The translations under genes and the position numbers were made by a program. Below the pieces are notes generated by a model that searched no databases, was not told where the DNA came from, and saw nothing but the letters and a program-made list of their open reading frames with translations. Shown piece after piece: positions 19,500 to 22,197 of a stretch of 22,197 nt of DNA. Every line of letters starts with the position of its first letter. The first letter of the stretch is position 1. This stretch comes from Azolla caroliniana (lineage: Eukaryota; Plantae; Polypodiophyta), in contig JBHGNT010000506.1 in NCBI GenBank assembly GCA_043228905.1, positions 1 through 22,197 of the forward strand. Direction: 5' to 3'.

Positions 19500-20368
19500 T
19501 GCGATTGTCCTTATGATCCCGGTGCTTGTCTCCTAATGGATTGTATTGACATTGCTCCCTCCACCTTTAATATATACACATGGCCATGCAATCAGAGCAC
19601 ATGCATGTCACTCACCACTCCCATTACCATAACGTGTGTGTCCTGCGTACAACTCTTGCCCAAGACCCATACCAACTAGTCCACCCTCCCACACGTCTAG
19701 GCTAGTCCTAGGTGTCGTATTGTCACCAGACAATCTGGGCGCAACCTGTAGCGGGTACTCCTCCTCCTCGCGCGAGAGCTTGTCGAGCAACATAACATTT
19801 ATACATACATAGGTAAATGTGCGCACTCGCGCGTGCGCGTAGGGGTGTGCGGGCACGTGCACATTAAACTAGAACGCGCTAGTGCCGAGACACTAAGCAC
19901 GCGGAGGCTACTGCGGGACGAGTGGTGGCTCCCGAGTGTGCTACATCGATGAACGTAGATAGACCGGTGTCCGTACTCGCTCGTTCGGACGGACGAGGGG
20001 TTGGTAACGACGACGACAAGGAAAGCTAACCGGACTACCACACTAGGAGTGTCCTATCGGGCAAGTGTGGAAGCAAGTTCACATTCGCCGCGTGTACAAG
20101 TTGACCTTAGCCTTAGCCGTTGCCGTGGCGTGTGCGGTATGGGTGTCCTGCTTTGATGTTTTCTTTTCCGTTTGGGTGGTTTGCGGTCCCTATAGGCAAA
20201 TTCTATGCGTTGGTGCTCGTGTTTACGTTCGTGTTGGAGGGACGTTGGTGCTCGTGTTTACGTTCGTGTGGGTGTAATGCGCGATTGGGGAGACGCACTT
20301 GTTCGTAAACACTTACGAGAAATTAGAGAGAGACCACGAGAATAATTTGAACAAGGTTTATGTACTAT

Positions 20369-21139
20369 TTAGAAGCGACGAATACAAGCACGAGGGCGAA
20401 GATCGCACTGTTGGAGTAGGCGGGAGGCGGCGACGCCTAGAGCTCTTTCCTCGTCATCGGCCTTGAATTGGCGACGTTGTTGACGTTCGTCCTCTTGTCG
20501 TCGAGACATGCGGTGGCGGCGTTCGTCACCCTCTCGTCGCTCACGGCTGCTATCTCTCTCGCGCTCCTCGTCCTCTTCCTCCCAGCTACGGTGTTCCCTT
20601 GATTGTTGGCCATGGCGTCGGCCTTCATCATTGCGTCGTTCCTCCTCGTCAGCATACAAGGCATCACGTAGGCGATCGCATCGATCTTCGGCGGGGATTC
20701 GTTCGACGTTCCTGCAGCACCGTTCCGAGGGTCTTGAGTATCGAGTGTTTTCGATCCATGGGGAGCGACGTCCTTGTTCACCTTCCTCTCTTTCGGAGCG
20801 CTCTTGTAGCTCTCGGATCTGCTTGTCGATGAAATCACCGCACTCTCGCCTCAGTTCCTCGTCACGTGGCTCATCGCGACCACGGCTACGACGTTCCCTT
20901 TCCTCTTCGGAGTCTCTCTTGTTGTCTCTGTAGCGGCGCCCCTCCTCAAGGAACCCCTCACGACGTCGCTCGCACTCCCCCTCTCGGCGTCGATCGCGCC
21001 TCTCCTCGTCAATGTCTCCCTCACGACGTCGATCGCGTCGCTCCTCTTCACGGTCCCGCCCTACAGACCTAGCATTGGCCGCGGTACACGCGGCGAGCAT
21101 GATCACGGCCATGAGGAATACGGAAGTAAGCTTTGCCAT
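20369..21139 (-). CDS. 2S albumin-like Arg/Glu-rich storage protein precursor, copy 13
   Basis: Translation identical to copy 1. Confidence 0.85.
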   Translation of the reverse strand: MAKLTSVFLMAVIMLAACTAANARSVGRDREEERRDRRREGDIDEERRDRRREGECERRREGFLEEGRRYRDNKRDSEEERERRSRGRDEPRDEELRRECGDFIDKQIRELQERSEREEGEQGRRSPWIENTRYSRPSERCCRNVERIPAEDRCDRLRDALYADEEERRNDEGRRHGQQSREHRSWEEEDEERERDSSRERREGDERRHRMSRRQEDERQQRRQFKADDEERALGVAASRLLQQCDLRPRACIRRF

Positions 21140-22008
21140 TGCGATTGTCCTTATGATCCCGGTGCTTGTCTCCTAATGGATTGTATTGACATTGCTCCCT
21201 CCACCTTTAATATATACACATGGCCATGCAATCAGAGCACATGCATGTCACTCACCACTCCCATTACCATAACGTGTGTGTCCTGCGTACAACTCTTGCC
21301 CAAGACCCATACCAACTAGTCCACCCTCCCACACGTCTAGGCTAGTCCTAGGTGTCGTATTGTCACCAGACAATCTGGGCGCAACCTGTAGCGGGTACTC
21401 CTCCTCCTCGCGCGAGAGCTTGTCGAGCAACATAACATTTATACATACATAGGTAAATGTGCGCACTCGCGCGTGCGCGTAGGGGTGTGCGGGCACGTGC
21501 ACATTAAACTAGAACGCGCTAGTGCCGAGACACTAAGCACGCGGAGGCTACTGCGGGACGAGTGGTGGCTCCCGAGTGTGCTACATCGATGAACGTAGAT
21601 AGACCGGTGTCCGTACTCGCTCGTTCGGACGGACGAGGGGTTGGTAACGACGACGACAAGGAAAGCTAACCGGACTACCACACTAGGAGTGTCCTATCGG
21701 GCAAGTGTGGAAGCAAGTTCACATTCGCCGCGTGTACAAGTTGACCTTAGCCTTAGCCGTTGCCGTGGCGTGTGCGGTATGGGTGTCCTGCTTTGATGTT
21801 TTCTTTTCCGTTTGGGTGGTTTGCGGTCCCTATAGGCAAATTCTATGCGTTGGTGCTCGTGTTTACGTTCGTGTTGGAGGGACGTTGGTGCTCGTGTTTA
21901 CGTTCGTGTGGGTGTAATGCGCGATTGGGGAGACGCACTTGTTCGTAAACACTTACGAGAAATTAGAGAGAGACCACGAGAATAATTTGAACAAGGTTTA
22001 TGTACTAT

Positions 22009-22197
22009 TTAGAAGCGACGAATACAAGCACGAGGGCGAAGATCGCACTGTTGGAGTAGGCGGGAGGCGGCGACGCCTAGAGCTCTTTCCTCGTCATCGG
22101 CCTTGAATTGGCGACGTTGTTGACGTTCGTCCTCTTGTCGTCGAGACATGCGGTGGCGGCGTTCGTCACCCTCTCGTCGCTCACGGCTGCTATCTCT
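22009..22197 (-). CDS. 2S albumin-like storage protein precursor, copy 14 (C-terminal 62 aa only; cut by the window edge)
   Basis: Matches 715..903 of unit 1 and encodes R195...ACIRRF-stop. Absent from the ORF track because the start lies outside the window. Confidence 0.8.
   Translation of the reverse strand, partial: RDSSRERREGDERRHRMSRRQEDERQQRRQFKADDEERALGVAASRLLQQCDLRPRACIRRF

Larger units (their letters stand above)
1..22197. repeat. Head-to-tail tandem gene array with a 1,640-bp unit; 13 full copies plus a 903-bp partial, open at both window ends
   Basis: cttgcccaagacccatacc recurs at 1, 1641, 3255, 4895 ... 21295. All ORFs recur at +1640, except +1614 across unit 2. Copies are near-identical by eye and in the ORF track. 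Confidence 0.99.

Noticed and set aside
1-22197. Satellite DNA, rDNA/5S array, or an autonomous transposon array
   Set aside because: The unit contains an intact protein-coding gene with Pol II promoter motifs. I found no rRNA similarity, transposase/RT ORF, LTRs, TIRs or target-site duplications.

Overview
The whole window is one head-to-tail tandem array of a ~1,640-bp unit: 13 full units plus a 903-bp partial, running off both ends. Units start at 1, 1641, 3255, 4895, 6535, 8175, 9815, 11455, 13095, 14735, 16375, 18015, 19655 and 21295; unit 2 is 1,614 bp because of a 26-bp deletion. Each unit carries one intronless minus-strand gene for a 256-aa secreted protein with a signal peptide, extreme Arg/Glu/Asp richness and a degenerate prolamin-superfamily cysteine skeleton (C..CC..[D]xC..C..C). 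It is best read as an enlarged 2S-albumin-like seed/spore storage protein of a land plant. Upstream of each ATG lie a TATA-like box, RY elements in a legumin-box-like context, and ABRE/G-box motifs, the classic storage-protein promoter set. The 13 full proteins are identical, and the few differences I found by eye between copies are all in the intergenic spacer. Main points of interest: an rDNA-like homogenised amplicon of a storage-protein gene, and an atypical albumin with Arg/Glu expansions and an odd cysteine count. The other ORFs in the track look like shadow frames. The organism cannot be identified from the sequence alone, and an assembly or concatemer artefact cannot be excluded.
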